From a bacterium (GTDB lineage: Bacteria > Chlamydiota > Chlamydiia > Chlamydiales > SM23-39), in assembly GCA_021781995.1 (NCBI GenBank), contig JAJXVT010000005.1, positions 1 through 62,793 on the forward strand: 62,793 bases of DNA. Reading direction: 5' to 3'. Under the pieces are notes generated by a model that was not told the origin of the DNA, made no database searches, and saw only the letters and a list, made by a program, of their open reading frames with translations. A program made the translations under genes and the position numbers. Below, piece by piece: positions 1-10,400 of the stretch (the stretch's first letter is position 1; each line of letters starts with the position of its first letter).

Positions 1-26
1 ACTATCATCAAGAAGCTGCTGAATAA
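1..26 (+). CDS. 3' end of an upstream paralog of the putative immunity gene (partial)
   Basis: Frame 3 reads YHQEAAE* (TAA 24-26), matching the C-terminus YRQEATE* of ORF 293..658; the nucleotide match continues downstream. Confidence 0.7.
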
Positions 27-123
27 ATTTTTCGAAATAAATTCCTTGCTCGCAAAGGTCGCCATTTGCTAGATTAGCGCCTCTTAAATGAGTCACACTT
101 GAAAATTTTTTCTACTTTTTTGC
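1..123 (+). repeat. Direct repeat copy 1 (immunity 3' end plus ~97 bp spacer)
   Basis: Aligns without gaps to 633..755 (offset 632); shares ttccttgctcgcaaaggtcgccatttgctagatt and tgaaaattttttctacttttttgc. Confidence 0.9.
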
Positions 124-127
124 ATTT

Positions 128-289
128 CGAGTTATGCCAGGAAAGCCTCACAGCCCGTTTCCTCATCAACAAGATCCATATGTTAATTACACAAAAAATG
201 GAAAAGATGTAGATAAATTTGGAAATGTAGTCGATCCTAATTCTGTGGAATCGCATATTCCATATAATGAATTTAAATACGGTGAGTAG
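128..289 (+). pseudogene. Orphan toxin C-terminal tip fragment
   Basis: Translates RVMPGKPHSPFPHQQDPYVNYTKNGKDVDKFGNVVDPNSVESHIPYNEFKYGE*, homologous to the C-terminus of ORF 59748..61892. An in-frame TGA at 89-91 lies upstream; the only ATG is at 134. Confidence 0.8.
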
Positions 290-292
290 TTT

Positions 293-658
293 GTGCTGAA
301 TCAAGAAGAAAGGAAGTATATTTATTTTAAATTCCTGAAAAATATTCAACTTATTGCTGATAAAGAATATCAACGGAGAGTGTGGATTCGAGGAGAAGGA
401 CCGGAATGTGATGATTTTGATGAAACGTGTTGTCGATTTTTTGATGATGGAGATTCTGTTTTTCAAAATTACAAAGATTTTTGGATAACTAATAATCAGT
501 ACGAAATTTTGAAGAAATTCCGAGATGAATTTGAAGTTTTCGCGGACAACAATAATTGGCCTCAACTATTTATCGATACTCCCGAATGGGATGCAATTGT
601 CGAGATGGCTAAAGAAGTCTTGCGAGCGTTTCACTATCGCCAAGAAGCTACTGAATAA
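293..658 (+). CDS. Putative immunity protein (121 aa, acidic/aromatic)
   Basis: Directly follows the toxin-tip fragment. Shares DKEYQRRVWIRGEGPECDDFDE and PQLFIDTPEW with the gene downstream of the full toxin (61879). Confidence 0.75.
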   Translation: MLNQEERKYIYFKFLKNIQLIADKEYQRRVWIRGEGPECDDFDETCCRFFDDGDSVFQNYKDFWITNNQYEILKKFRDEFEVFADNNNWPQLFIDTPEWDAIVEMAKEVLRAFHYRQEATE

Positions 659-755
659 ATTTCTCGGAATAACTTCCTTGCTCGCAAAGGTCGCCATTTG
701 CTAGATTCGCGCCTCTTAAAAGAGGTGCGCGTGAAAATTTTTTCTACTTTTTTGC
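633..755 (+). repeat. Direct repeat copy 2
   Basis: Near-identical to 1..123. Confidence 0.9.
708..729. terminator. Possible terminator hairpin between the convergent immunity gene and ftsY
   Basis: cgcgcctct-taaa-agaggtgcg stem-loop with a T-rich tract nearby; the right arm has decayed in repeat copy 1. Confidence 0.4.
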
Positions 756-765
756 GTCGACTTTC

Positions 766-1662
766 CTAAATGAGCGCGTCGATGTAGGCTTGGGGATCGA
801 ATGCAATGAGATCGTCGGCTCCTTCGCCAAGGCCTGCCCACAAAATGGGAATTCGCAGCTGCCGTTGGATGGATGCGGCTATGCCGCCTCGCGATGATCC
901 GTCGAGTTTGGTGAGAATGATGCCGGAAATGGGGGTAAATAGGTGAAAGGTCTGCGCTTGATCTAGTGCGTTTTGGCCTAATGTGGCGTCGAGCACTAAA
1001 AGCGTTTCATGCGGAGCTTCGGGAATGAGCTTTTGGATGGTGCGTTTGACTTTTGCAAGCTCATTCATGAGGTCAGTTTTGTTTTGTAAACGCCCAGCAG
1101 TGTCAATGAGCAAAATATCGGACTTGCGCGCAAGGGCAGCTTGCACGGCATCAAATGCGACGGCCGCAGGATCGCTTTTGGGCTGGGCTTTGATCAGGTC
1201 GGCTCCAATTCGTTGGCTCCAGGTCTCTAATTGTTCTACGGCAGCAGCGCGAAATGTGTCGGCGGCGGCGATGAGCACGGAGCGGTTGAGGTTGCGGTAG
1301 TGTCGGGCTAGCTTGGCCAGGCTAGTTGTTTTGCCGGAGCCATTGACTCCAACGATGAGAATGACATGGGGTTTGTTTAAAAATGGCTTTTCTTCAGGCG
1401 GAGGAAATAGTTGACGCAGCTGCTGTTTGACAAAGGAGGCAATGTCATCGGGAGTAAAATGGGGGTTTTTACGAACTAGATTGCGCACTTTGTCCACTAA
1501 ATCTGCCGATAATTCTGCACCTAGATCGGCTTCAAATAGCAACCGCTCTAAATCTTCAAAGGAATTTTCGTCGGTTTTGGCAAAGAGCGTTTTGATTTTT
1601 TGCCCGAGAACAGACTTGATTTTTGTGAAAGGGGATGCGATCTTTTTTAAAAACTGGAACAT
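766..1662 (-). CDS. ftsY: Signal recognition particle receptor FtsY
   Basis: GVNGSGKTTS, DTFRAAA, DTAGRL and TKLDG SRP-GTPase motifs with an NG-only architecture. Confidence 0.95.
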   Translation of the reverse strand: MFQFLKKIASPFTKIKSVLGQKIKTLFAKTDENSFEDLERLLFEADLGAELSADLVDKVRNLVRKNPHFTPDDIASFVKQQLRQLFPPPEEKPFLNKPHVILIVGVNGSGKTTSLAKLARHYRNLNRSVLIAAADTFRAAAVEQLETWSQRIGADLIKAQPKSDPAAVAFDAVQAALARKSDILLIDTAGRLQNKTDLMNELAKVKRTIQKLIPEAPHETLLVLDATLGQNALDQAQTFHLFTPISGIILTKLDGSSRGGIAASIQRQLRIPILWAGLGEGADDLIAFDPQAYIDALI

Positions 1663-1712
1663 AATATTGTATTCATTGTATCACAGGGTGGAGTTTGACA
1701 AAAGGTGTGATC

Positions 1713-2864
1713 GTGAATTTGCATGAATACCAAGCGAAAAAAATTCTCAAGCGCTTCGGGCTTGTCATCCCTGAATTTAGCGTTGCTTCGACGACTGATG
1801 AGGCAAAAGAAATTGCAGAGCAATTGGGACTAGATCAGGCGGTTTTGAAAATTCAGGTGCATGCGGGCGGCAGGGGCAAGGCTGGAGGAGTAAAGTTTGC
1901 TAAAACGCGAACGCAAATCGCACAGCTCGCTAGGGAGCTCATCGGCATGAAGATGATCAATCAGCAAACAGGTCCCGATGGCGTGATTGCTCACAAGATT
2001 TTGATTTCAAAACCGGTGGATATTGTGCGCGAATTTTATTTGGGCACTCTGATCGATCGCAAAAGCGCGGTGCCGGTGTTAATCGCTTCGCCGGAAGGTG
2101 GCATGGAGATTGAAGAGGTGGCTCTCAAAACTCCGGAGAAAATTTTGACTATGCCGTTTGGTTTTGATGGCCGGTTGCGATCGTATCAATTGTTGCGTTT
2201 GGCTAAATTCATGGGTTGGGAAGGGGAATTAGCAAAAAAAGGAATGCAGACGGCTGCGGGTTTGGCGAAATGTTTTATTGAAACAGACGCTTCTTTGTTA
2301 GAGATCAATCCTCTTGTGCAAACCAAGGGCGGCGATATTGTTATTTTAGACGCTAAATTGGCGATCGACGACAACGCGCTATTTCGGCAATCGGAAATTG
2401 TCGCGATGTACGATCCTGGACAGGTGTCTTTGCAAGAGGCGGCGGCAAAGGAATATGATTTGGCTTACATCCCAATGCACGGCGATATTGGCTGCATGGT
2501 CAACGGGGCGGGTCTTGCCATGGCGACAATGGATATGATTCAGCTGTGTGGAGGGGCTCCGGCAAACTTTTTAGATGTGGGTGGAAGCGCTGACAAGGAA
2601 AAGGTGGCCGAAGGTTTTCGCATTATTTTATCAGATCCTAAGGTGCGCTCGATTTTGGTTAATATTTTCGGGGGCATTATGAATTGCGCCACAATTGCTG
2701 AAGGTGTGATTGCGGCAGCTCAAGAATTGAAAATCCGCTTGCCGTTGACTGTGCGGCTAGAGGGAAATAATGTAGAAGAGGGAAAGCGGCTTTTTCGCGA
2801 GAGCGGTTTGAAAATTCAAAGCGCCGATGATTTAAAAACGGCAGCTCAGCTAGCAGTGGGGTGA
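1713..2864 (+). CDS. sucC: Succinyl-CoA synthetase beta subunit
   Basis: MNLHEYQAK N-terminus (GTG at 1713), GGRGKAGGV, NGAGLAMATMD, NIFGGI. Confidence 0.95.
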   Translation: MNLHEYQAKKILKRFGLVIPEFSVASTTDEAKEIAEQLGLDQAVLKIQVHAGGRGKAGGVKFAKTRTQIAQLARELIGMKMINQQTGPDGVIAHKILISKPVDIVREFYLGTLIDRKSAVPVLIASPEGGMEIEEVALKTPEKILTMPFGFDGRLRSYQLLRLAKFMGWEGELAKKGMQTAAGLAKCFIETDASLLEINPLVQTKGGDIVILDAKLAIDDNALFRQSEIVAMYDPGQVSLQEAAAKEYDLAYIPMHGDIGCMVNGAGLAMATMDMIQLCGGAPANFLDVGGSADKEKVAEGFRIILSDPKVRSILVNIFGGIMNCATIAEGVIAAAQELKIRLPLTVRLEGNNVEEGKRLFRESGLKIQSADDLKTAAQLAVG

Positions 2865-2867
2865 ACG

Positions 2868-3743
2868 ATGGGAATTTTAGTAGATAAAAAAACAAAGGTG
2901 ATCGTTCAGGGAATCTCAGGGAAATCTGGCCGTTTTCACGCTGAATCTTGCATAGAATATGGGACGAAAGTAGTGGGCGGGGTCACGCCGGGCAAGGGTG
3001 GTCAGGACGTGCTAGGACTGCCGATATTTGATACGGTGTGGGAAGCTAAATGCTCCCTTTCTCCTGATGCATCGCTGATTTTTGTCCCGGCTCCTTATGC
3101 AGCAGATGCGATTTTAGAGGCGGAAGATGCGGGCATACCGTTGATTATTTGCATTACAGAAGGTATTCCGATCCGGGATATGTTAGAGGTCAAAAGAGTA
3201 ATGGCAAGCTCCAAAAAATCGCGTTTAATTGGACCTAATTGTCCTGGAATTATCACTCCGGGAGAATGCAAGTTGGGAATTATGCCGGGATATATTCATA
3301 AAAAGGGGAAGGTCGGTATTGTTTCTCGCAGCGGAACGTTGACGTATGAAGCTGTATGGCAAACTACGTCGCTTGGGTTGGGGCAATCAAGCTGCGTTGG
3401 AATTGGCGGGGACCCTTTAAATGGAACCAACTTTATCGATGTCTTGAAGCTATTTGAACAAGATCTTCAAACGGAAGGGATTTTGCTTATCGGCGAGATC
3501 GGCGGGGATGCGGAAGAAGAGGCTGCGGAATGGATGCGTCTACACGGTAAAAAACCTATAGCTGTATTTATCGCCGGGGCAACTGCGCCGCCGGGCAAGC
3601 GCATGGGTCATGCGGGAGCGATTATCTCCGGTGGCAAGGGAACTGCTGAGCAAAAATACGAAGCCTTTCGCAAGGCGGGCGCTGAAATTACTGAAAGTCC
3701 GGCGGAAATGGGCCTTGCCATTCAGCGAGCGATGCGGCGATGA
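2868..3743 (+). CDS. sucD: Succinyl-CoA synthetase alpha subunit
   Basis: [23 protein letters not shown] phospho-His motif. Confidence 0.96.
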   Translation: MGILVDKKTKVIVQGISGKSGRFHAESCIEYGTKVVGGVTPGKGGQDVLGLPIFDTVWEAKCSLSPDASLIFVPAPYAADAILEAEDAGIPLIICITEGIPIRDMLEVKRVMASSKKSRLIGPNCPGIITPGECKLGIMPGYIHKKGKVGIVSRSGTLTYEAVWQTTSLGLGQSSCVGIGGDPLNGTNFIDVLKLFEQDLQTEGILLIGEIGGDAEEEAAEWMRLHGKKPIAVFIAGATAPPGKRMGHAGAIISGGKGTAEQKYEAFRKAGAEITESPAEMGLAIQRAMRR

Positions 3744-4882
3744 ATAAGACAATTCCCGTAGCTATACATCCGTTTTTTTGGATTTTGGCTGCTATCATCG
3801 GGTGGGGATATAGCGGTGGCAGCGTGCTTGGAACGCTGATCTGGGTTGCAATTGTTTTTGTCTCGGTTTTAGTCCATGAATACGGCCATGCTTTAACTGC
3901 GATGGCATTTCGTCAAAAAGCAAAGATCGATCTTGTAGCACTAGGCGGACTGACCTCTTTTGAAGGTCCAAAGTTGAAATTTTGGCAGCAATTTATCATC
4001 GTACTCAATGGTCCGCTGTTTGGATTTGGACTTTTTCTATTAGCTACAGTCTTGCTCGTTTCATTTGATTGGAGTCAAGTTCCTTTGATGTTTGGGGTGT
4101 TGCGAGCTCTTCAGATGGCTAATTTGTTTTGGACCGTAGTTAATTTGCTCCCTGTGCTGCCCTTGGATGGAGGTCAGCTTTTGCGTATTGGTCTAGAAGC
4201 TTTATTTGGTATCAGAGGCTATAAAGCAGCTCTGCTTTCAGGAGCGGTTTTGTCGGGATCGATCGCTTGTTTTTTATTTTTAATACAACAGTTTTTAGCT
4301 GGAGCCCTGTTTTTTCTTTTTGCTTTTCAAAGTTTTGATTTATGGCGTAAAAGTCGCTCGGTTACCATACAAGATCGCGACGATGATTTGAAAAAATTAT
4401 TAGTCGAAGCGGAGGCGCATTTAGCCGAGGGGCAAAAAACAGCAGCTCAAGTTAAATTGCAGCAGATCATAGATCGGACTCGGCAAGGTATGTTATACGC
4501 GGCCTCTTGTCAATACTTGGCGTTTTTGGATGTAGAGGACGGTAAAGCTGAGGAGGCTTATCAGCTTTTATTGCCTATAGAAGAGGAGTTAGCCCCAGAG
4601 GCTCGCTGTTTATTGCATCAATTGGCAGCTCAGTTTAAAAATTGGCAGGTTGTAGCTAAATGTTCAGCGGAATGTTATCAAGTAGCTCCGACTCAGCAGA
4701 TGGCTTTAGCTAATGCACGCGCATTTGCGCATTTACGTGAACCTCGTTTGGCCGGCGGTTGGCTGCAGAGCGCGTGGCAATACGGTGGGTTGAATTTAGA
4801 AAATGTCTTGAGTGAAGAAGAGTTTCAGGGTATAAATCATAACCCGGAATTTCGACAATTTATTGAGACATTGCATTCATGA
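3740..4882 (+). CDS. Site-2 protease (M50) family membrane metalloprotease with TPR-like C-terminus
   Basis: HEYGH and [11 protein letters not shown] motifs; multiple hydrophobic segments. Confidence 0.88.
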   Translation: MNKTIPVAIHPFFWILAAIIGWGYSGGSVLGTLIWVAIVFVSVLVHEYGHALTAMAFRQKAKIDLVALGGLTSFEGPKLKFWQQFIIVLNGPLFGFGLFLLATVLLVSFDWSQVPLMFGVLRALQMANLFWTVVNLLPVLPLDGGQLLRIGLEALFGIRGYKAALLSGAVLSGSIACFLFLIQQFLAGALFFLFAFQSFDLWRKSRSVTIQDRDDDLKKLLVEAEAHLAEGQKTAAQVKLQQIIDRTRQGMLYAASCQYLAFLDVEDGKAEEAYQLLLPIEEELAPEARCLLHQLAAQFKNWQVVAKCSAECYQVAPTQQMALANARAFAHLREPRLAGGWLQSAWQYGGLNLENVLSEEEFQGINHNPEFRQFIETLHS

Positions 4883-5337
4883 GCGTTATGAGCAAATTGG
4901 CTTTTCTTGCGGCGGCTGCGTTATTCGCTGCTTGTTCAGCGAATATCAAAGAGGGCGAGTCTTTTTTTCTCACTGAAGGGCTCGCTCCTAAAAAACAAAA
5001 ATTGCGTATTGCAAATTTACAGCGCAAGTTAGATACGGTAAAAGCCGAACAGTTTAAGATCAATGAAGAGGTAGATCGCTTAAGCCGAGAATTGGCGATA
5101 GCGCAGATTGAATTGATCCAGCATCGAGTTCGCACGTTTGAGCTAGATATCGCTGATCATCGATCTGATCCTTATTATTTGATGAAAAAAATGCCCTACG
5201 GACCAGCGAATCTGTTTTTTCAGGAAAGAGAACTGTTGCATGAATTGGTTCGAACAGGACCGTCTCCATCGGCATTTGAAGCTCAAGTCGTGTTAGATCA
5301 AATCTTGCGCATGATTACATTACTCAGTGATCGTTAA
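4879..5337 (+). CDS. Hypothetical coiled-coil protein, possible lipoprotein
   Basis: ATGA overlap with the upstream gene; N-terminal hydrophobic stretch ending LFAAC. Confidence 0.65.
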   Translation: MSVMSKLAFLAAAALFAACSANIKEGESFFLTEGLAPKKQKLRIANLQRKLDTVKAEQFKINEEVDRLSRELAIAQIELIQHRVRTFELDIADHRSDPYYLMKKMPYGPANLFFQERELLHELVRTGPSPSAFEAQVVLDQILRMITLLSDR

Positions 5338-5357
5338 GGGATTATCAAACAATAGAC
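5337..5357 (+). repeat. Solo end of MITE-like element
   Basis: agggattatcaaacaatagac matches the right TIR of the 44577..44748 element (reverse complement) at 19/21 and begins at a TAA stop. Confidence 0.6.
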
Positions 5358-5391
5358 ATCTTCGTAATTACTGAGTTTCGAAAGAGATTTA

Positions 5392-6999
5392 TTATTCGAT
5401 AATCTCTAAATGGAAATATTGTGTTGTTAACAATCTGACTCTGGTCTTCCAACGTTCGCAGCTTACTTGAACGCTTTGAACCGGAGCGTGACCTTGGGGC
5501 GCTCGCTGTTGAATTAAAGGGAAAATTTGGTTTGCACATTGCGTTGTCACATCTTGAAGACAAAGAGGGGAGCGTCTGTCGATGGCTTCATAGATTCTTT
5601 CCAGCATGCGCCCGTACTGGTTAGAGGCCGGTGAAACACAAAATATGGTCGTGGCTGTAACTATAACTCGAGCCGCGGGTATTTCAGGCTCTTTGGTTTC
5701 CTCAATTTCTGCGATTGGCGCTAGGACGGCAGGCGGAGCTTGGATTGCGGGTGCATCCATTCGTGCTTTATTTCGCGGGGCAAATGACATGGCAGCATTT
5801 AGAGGGTGCAATAATATCTTGGATGTTATCGCAATGTGAATAGTGCGGGCAACCCATTGAAGCTGCTGAACCGGTTCGGTTAGTTGCGGATGTAATGTTT
5901 GAATGGATGGTAGACGATTGGCTAAACACTGTGGAAATGGAGGATTTTGGGAGCGGAAAATAAAACACATTTGTAAAGATGTGCGGGCTGCGCGCGATAC
6001 CCAATAGGCTACTTCTTGAAGAGGCTCTTGGTGTGTTGCTGCGTACAGAGCTGCTTGAAGTTTTTTAGTGGCGCTAAGTTCCATTTCTGCACCCCGTTTC
6101 AGCCGCCATGCGGCAAATGGGCTGATGCTATTTAAATTAGCATTGATCAAGGGAGCGGATTCATCGGCTTTGATTCCGGTCCAAATAAGAGGAAAAGGCG
6201 ATATACCTTTTTGCAGTTCATCCAATCGGCGGCTCACGGCGCCTGTCCATTGATGGCATGGATGATGTTTTGGTACATAATAAAAGGCGATAGGTTGTTG
6301 ATCTGGTAGATATGTCGAAAAACCGACCGCTTCAGGAATAGGTTTGTTGCCTGGAGTCCGGTCAGATTGTGGACTGTAGATCATAATTTCGCTATAAGAG
6401 CCTTCGATTTTGCGAATCCGTTTCGCAAGAGTTCCTCGCAATGTACGAGCCCAGGCTCCTTCAGGTTCAGGTTTGTAGTTCGGCGCGAACAGTGTGGAAA
6501 TCTGTGTGCGTTGAGTTGGATGGCCTAACGTGTCTACATAGTCAATGATATGACCGCGCCAGTATCTAGAATCTGTGGCAGCGCTTATAAAGGGATCTCG
6601 TTTTACAGATGCGGGATACTCGCTTCGCAAATCCTTGGGAAAACCCTCTTGTCGAGTCATGGTGAAACCGTGAAGGGGGACTTGTTTATCTTGTATCACT
6701 AGGTACTGAATACGGTTTCGATGATCCGGTCCAAATAAGATGATCTGAAAATCAACACTAGGCGCGCATGCGTGCTTGAGAAGCATTAACTCGCGATTTT
6801 CTAGCGACCAAATGTAGCCCATAGGTAAATGAGGCAGCTGGTGAGGTGGTAGTAAATGCAATATATTGAACGCAGGTCTGTCATCGGTGTTGCGCGTCCA
6901 TTGACGAGATAAGTAGGGAGATGGGTTGACTTGGCGATATTCACTGCGCCAAACTGCGCCCTGACTGAATTCTCGTAATGAAATTGTTATATTGCTCAT
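5392..6999 (-). CDS. Hypothetical protein with possible DNA/RNA non-specific endonuclease (His-Me) motif
   Basis: 535-aa ORF; YWRGHIID...ST...NYKPEP...W resembles the DRGH...N-x2-P core. Confidence 0.55.
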   Translation of the reverse strand: MSNITISLREFSQGAVWRSEYRQVNPSPYLSRQWTRNTDDRPAFNILHLLPPHQLPHLPMGYIWSLENRELMLLKHACAPSVDFQIILFGPDHRNRIQYLVIQDKQVPLHGFTMTRQEGFPKDLRSEYPASVKRDPFISAATDSRYWRGHIIDYVDTLGHPTQRTQISTLFAPNYKPEPEGAWARTLRGTLAKRIRKIEGSYSEIMIYSPQSDRTPGNKPIPEAVGFSTYLPDQQPIAFYYVPKHHPCHQWTGAVSRRLDELQKGISPFPLIWTGIKADESAPLINANLNSISPFAAWRLKRGAEMELSATKKLQAALYAATHQEPLQEVAYWVSRAARTSLQMCFIFRSQNPPFPQCLANRLPSIQTLHPQLTEPVQQLQWVARTIHIAITSKILLHPLNAAMSFAPRNKARMDAPAIQAPPAVLAPIAEIEETKEPEIPAARVIVTATTIFCVSPASNQYGRMLERIYEAIDRRSPLCLQDVTTQCANQIFPLIQQRAPQGHAPVQSVQVSCERWKTRVRLLTTQYFHLEIIE

Positions 7000-7118
7000 G
7001 ATCCTTTAATATATACTCATTTCGTTCGAAAGCCCCTACGAAAACTTCAATTGAAAGCTCTCTCAAATCGAAGAAAAAATTGAGGACAATTTGTTAAAAT
7101 TATATCGGAATAGATGTT

Positions 7119-7427
7119 TCATATACAAGAGTTGATTAGATTGCTTTCGAAACTTACATCCCGCGCCATGCCAGTGTCTGTCTTGTTCCCGAAAAGCGAC
7201 TGCAATTCAATAATTTTTTTAGTACTAAATTTTTTAGTAAGCCATTTGTTTATTGACACAAACCCCACTTGACCAGTTCTCGTACCCAATGGAGTAAAAT
7301 ACCAAGTTTCAAAAAGCATTCTCAATATTTCATCTTCCTTTCCCATCGAACTACCAACCTCCGATATTTCCTTTGTAATCATGATCCACCTTCTCGTCGC
7401 CGTCTTTTCCAGAGGAGTAAAATCCAT
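7119..7427 (-). CDS. Short hypothetical ORF or degraded gene
   Basis: 102-aa ORF in an intergenic gap; no recognisable motif. Confidence 0.25.
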   Translation of the reverse strand: MDFTPLEKTATRRWIMITKEISEVGSSMGKEDEILRMLFETWYFTPLGTRTGQVGFVSINKWLTKKFSTKKIIELQSLFGNKTDTGMARDVSFESNLINSCI

Positions 7428-7472
7428 CGATTGTCAGTCGTGTTAAGTCAATCATTCTGAAGAATTTATACG

Positions 7473-10400
7473 CTAGAGGCGTATTGTTTCTTGAAACCAT
7501 TGATTTAAGTGGCTTTGTTCGAAACGCCGTCTCTTTTCATCTGTGTTGAGGATGGTTGAGGTGAAAAAGGCAAGCATCCTGCGAGGTCCTGATCTCTGTA
7601 ACCAATGCTGCAGCACTTGCATTTCTCTTTGTGTATATTCGACGTCGCCGTTTAAAAATTTTAGTTGCGCTACTTGTAATAACGCATTTGGCGTTAGTCT
7701 TTGTGTCGGATCATTGACAAACCCAGATGTTAGACAATAATACAATGGGAGCAACTTGTCGTCTAGTGCTTCCGCTTCTATGGCGGAAAGTAGAACTACC
7801 CTGTCCCCTTGGATCAATAGATGCAAAAAGGGAAGCGCATACTTGTTAAATAGACATGTTGGATTACATTCTGGTTCCCCGAGAAAATTAGGTGATACCC
7901 AGATCGATTCGAAACAATGATGGACTTCATTGTTTATTGATTTTAATTTTCTGTTTAATAATTCGAAATTTGCCATTAGAGAAGGAAGGCTTATTGTTGG
8001 AGCAATTTGACTGTATGTGAATTTAATTGATTGGTCTATGGGGTTCGTGTAATGATGAGCTTGTTGCATTTGCATAGATTGTAAGGTAACTGTTTGATCC
8101 GAATGAATAACGCGGACAATTGAGCCGGGGAGACGGTCAGTGACGGTTGGTTCTTCCAGGCGAGTTATTTCTTCGGCGACGTCATGAATCATGTGCGGGG
8201 CCCATTCTCGCATGCGTTGCAGCGAGCTTTCTCTTTCTTGAGTCATTTGTCCTAAAAATTGCTCTCGTGTGATGCTTTTTGCAAAAGTGCCATATAATAC
8301 GCGCGGAGCGATGTTCCCGGACTGAAACCATGCGGAGCGCACTTGAGCAAAACGCCGTTTTCTCTCTGCATTGGATATGGTGGGATCAGCTAATATATCC
8401 AGCGCTAGCTCTTGTCCAAATAAATTGTTTTGTAAGACAAACGCACTGATGGCATCTTCATCGATGCGTAGCTTTTGGTTGTGCTGTGCAAACTGGTCGA
8501 TATGTTCTAATGTAATTTCTGTATTCGCTTGAAGATTTAGTTGTGTAAGAATGATATGCCGTGTATCAGAGTCAATGATGAAACGGACTGATTGACCTGT
8601 GCTTAAGCCTCTCATACGCCACACGGCCTGTAGAAGCGTTCTTTGTGTTATTTGTCTGCCGATGGTGATTAAGCCTATAGCATCGGGAGCTTGGGGGACG
8701 TCAGCGCCTGTGGTATGGTTTTGATCTAAAAAAGTCATTCTTGAATGTGGAAGGTCTCGAGTTCTATCAAAGGGGCGATCAGGGAGGTCTTGGGATGCGA
8801 TGAGCAAGGAGTTTGTCTTATCAAAATGCACTACTTGTCTTTGTGGGATGCGCATTTTGAGTCTGTGGGCCAGCAATGTATTATCGATGTCTTTAAAAAG
8901 ACCGCCTGCATCGGCAATCATGGAAAAAGCAGGGGCATTTTCTACGATAGAATCTAACATTTCATCCACTTCTGCTGTTTGAACGGTAATGCAGAAGCGC
9001 TGGGCTTGTCTATTGCATTCGGTTTGCATTTGCTCAAGTAGGCGCATCGTTGTGGGGATGATGGTTTGGTCCGGCAAGGTTTGGATTTTCGCATGAAGAC
9101 TTCGCGTGATCCAGAGCGTCCCGGTAAAACCACTGAATCGTTTAAATAGTCCAGCTAATATAATTGGATTGCATGAGAGTCTTTCTGAAAATGTCTTGAT
9201 TTGGCTAATGAAGCATCGCTCAATTACCTGACGTTTCAGTGGAGCGTTTTCTCTTTGCTCTAGTCGTTCGATCAATATGTCGATGTGAGCGTCGGTAATG
9301 TGTGTGCTCAATCCAATGAGATTATCTCCCCGGATGCCCAGAAATAGGCGATAACTGTTTGTGTCTTGTAAGGGTCGTGGGGGATCATATTGCCTAGATT
9401 CTTCTTTTGCCTGTCTAATTAATAAGTCTATTAAATTTCGAATGTCTTTGTTTTGAAGTCGTTGTTTCCAGTAGATTTGAAACGTGTAATTTGCTGTCAC
9501 ATAGCAGTTGGCAAATTCTGATCCTGCACATGGAGTATTGGCGGCTGTAAATGGAACGGCATAAACTGCTTGGTCCAATCCATACTTAATATTATATGGA
9601 TCTAATAAAACCTGAGGCAAAATGTTATTTAATTGTTCCGAGATTAGCGCTAAAATATCTTGATTTAAGTGGGAGAGGTTGCTAAATAATTCTTGTGTTT
9701 CGCGATCTAGAGTTGCATCGCGTAATAAATAAGCAAGGACGTGAGCGCGTGAAGCTTGTGCAAACTCAGGGATTTGCTGTAATTGTAACGACATTTTCTC
9801 AGCGAGTATTGGCAAAAGTTGAGTGCGATACAATGTAAGGGTTAAAGGGGGCGCGCTACCGTCTGGCCTAGGGTCTGTTTCTATGCGAGCGATTCTTTTG
9901 AGCTGTTCATCTGTGAATAGTAGCTCATAAATATCGCCTATTGCTTTCACATAAGGAGCGGCAATGGGGACTTTTAGTCCTACGCTAAAGTTGAGCTCAT
10001 GGCGTAGATCAAAAATAGTGTCTACTTCATCAAATAACGGATAGCTTGAGGTTCTTAGCAATGATAAAATATTATGTAGCAGTTCGATTTCAACGCCAAA
10101 AGGGCGGTCTTGCTGCATATGCTCATCGCACAATTCAATGTATTTTAATAGTAACGCTTGGAGACTGTGATCGGTGGTAATAACACATTGACGATTGACG
10201 ATTGCTGATTGCAATGAATGATAAAGCGCACGAAGGTGAGACTGAGAGCATTCTATATTGCGGTTGAATGATACAAGGTGCAGGCGATTGTGAAACACAG
10301 ATGCGAGTCGGCTTTGCATTTGTGTGGAGATTTCAGAGAGTAACGGTTCGGGAACGACAATTAAAGAAAGTTGTTTTCCGTCGGCGCGTAAAACGCCTAT

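Noticed and set aside
74-565. 163-aa minus-strand ORF
   Set aside because: Antisense shadow of the toxin-tip and immunity pair, whose plus-strand reading is supported by a paralog at the other end of the window.
1-755. CRISPR or integron interpretation of the direct repeats
   Set aside because: The repeat is 123 bp with a 632-bp period and includes coding sequence. No cas or integrase gene is present and I see no attC core sites.
7028-7140. NYIGIDVS peptide resembling an IS110 transposase N-terminus, or half of a palindromic element
   Set aside because: Only 13 codons bounded by stops, with no second arm or second copy in the window; cannot be supported without a search.
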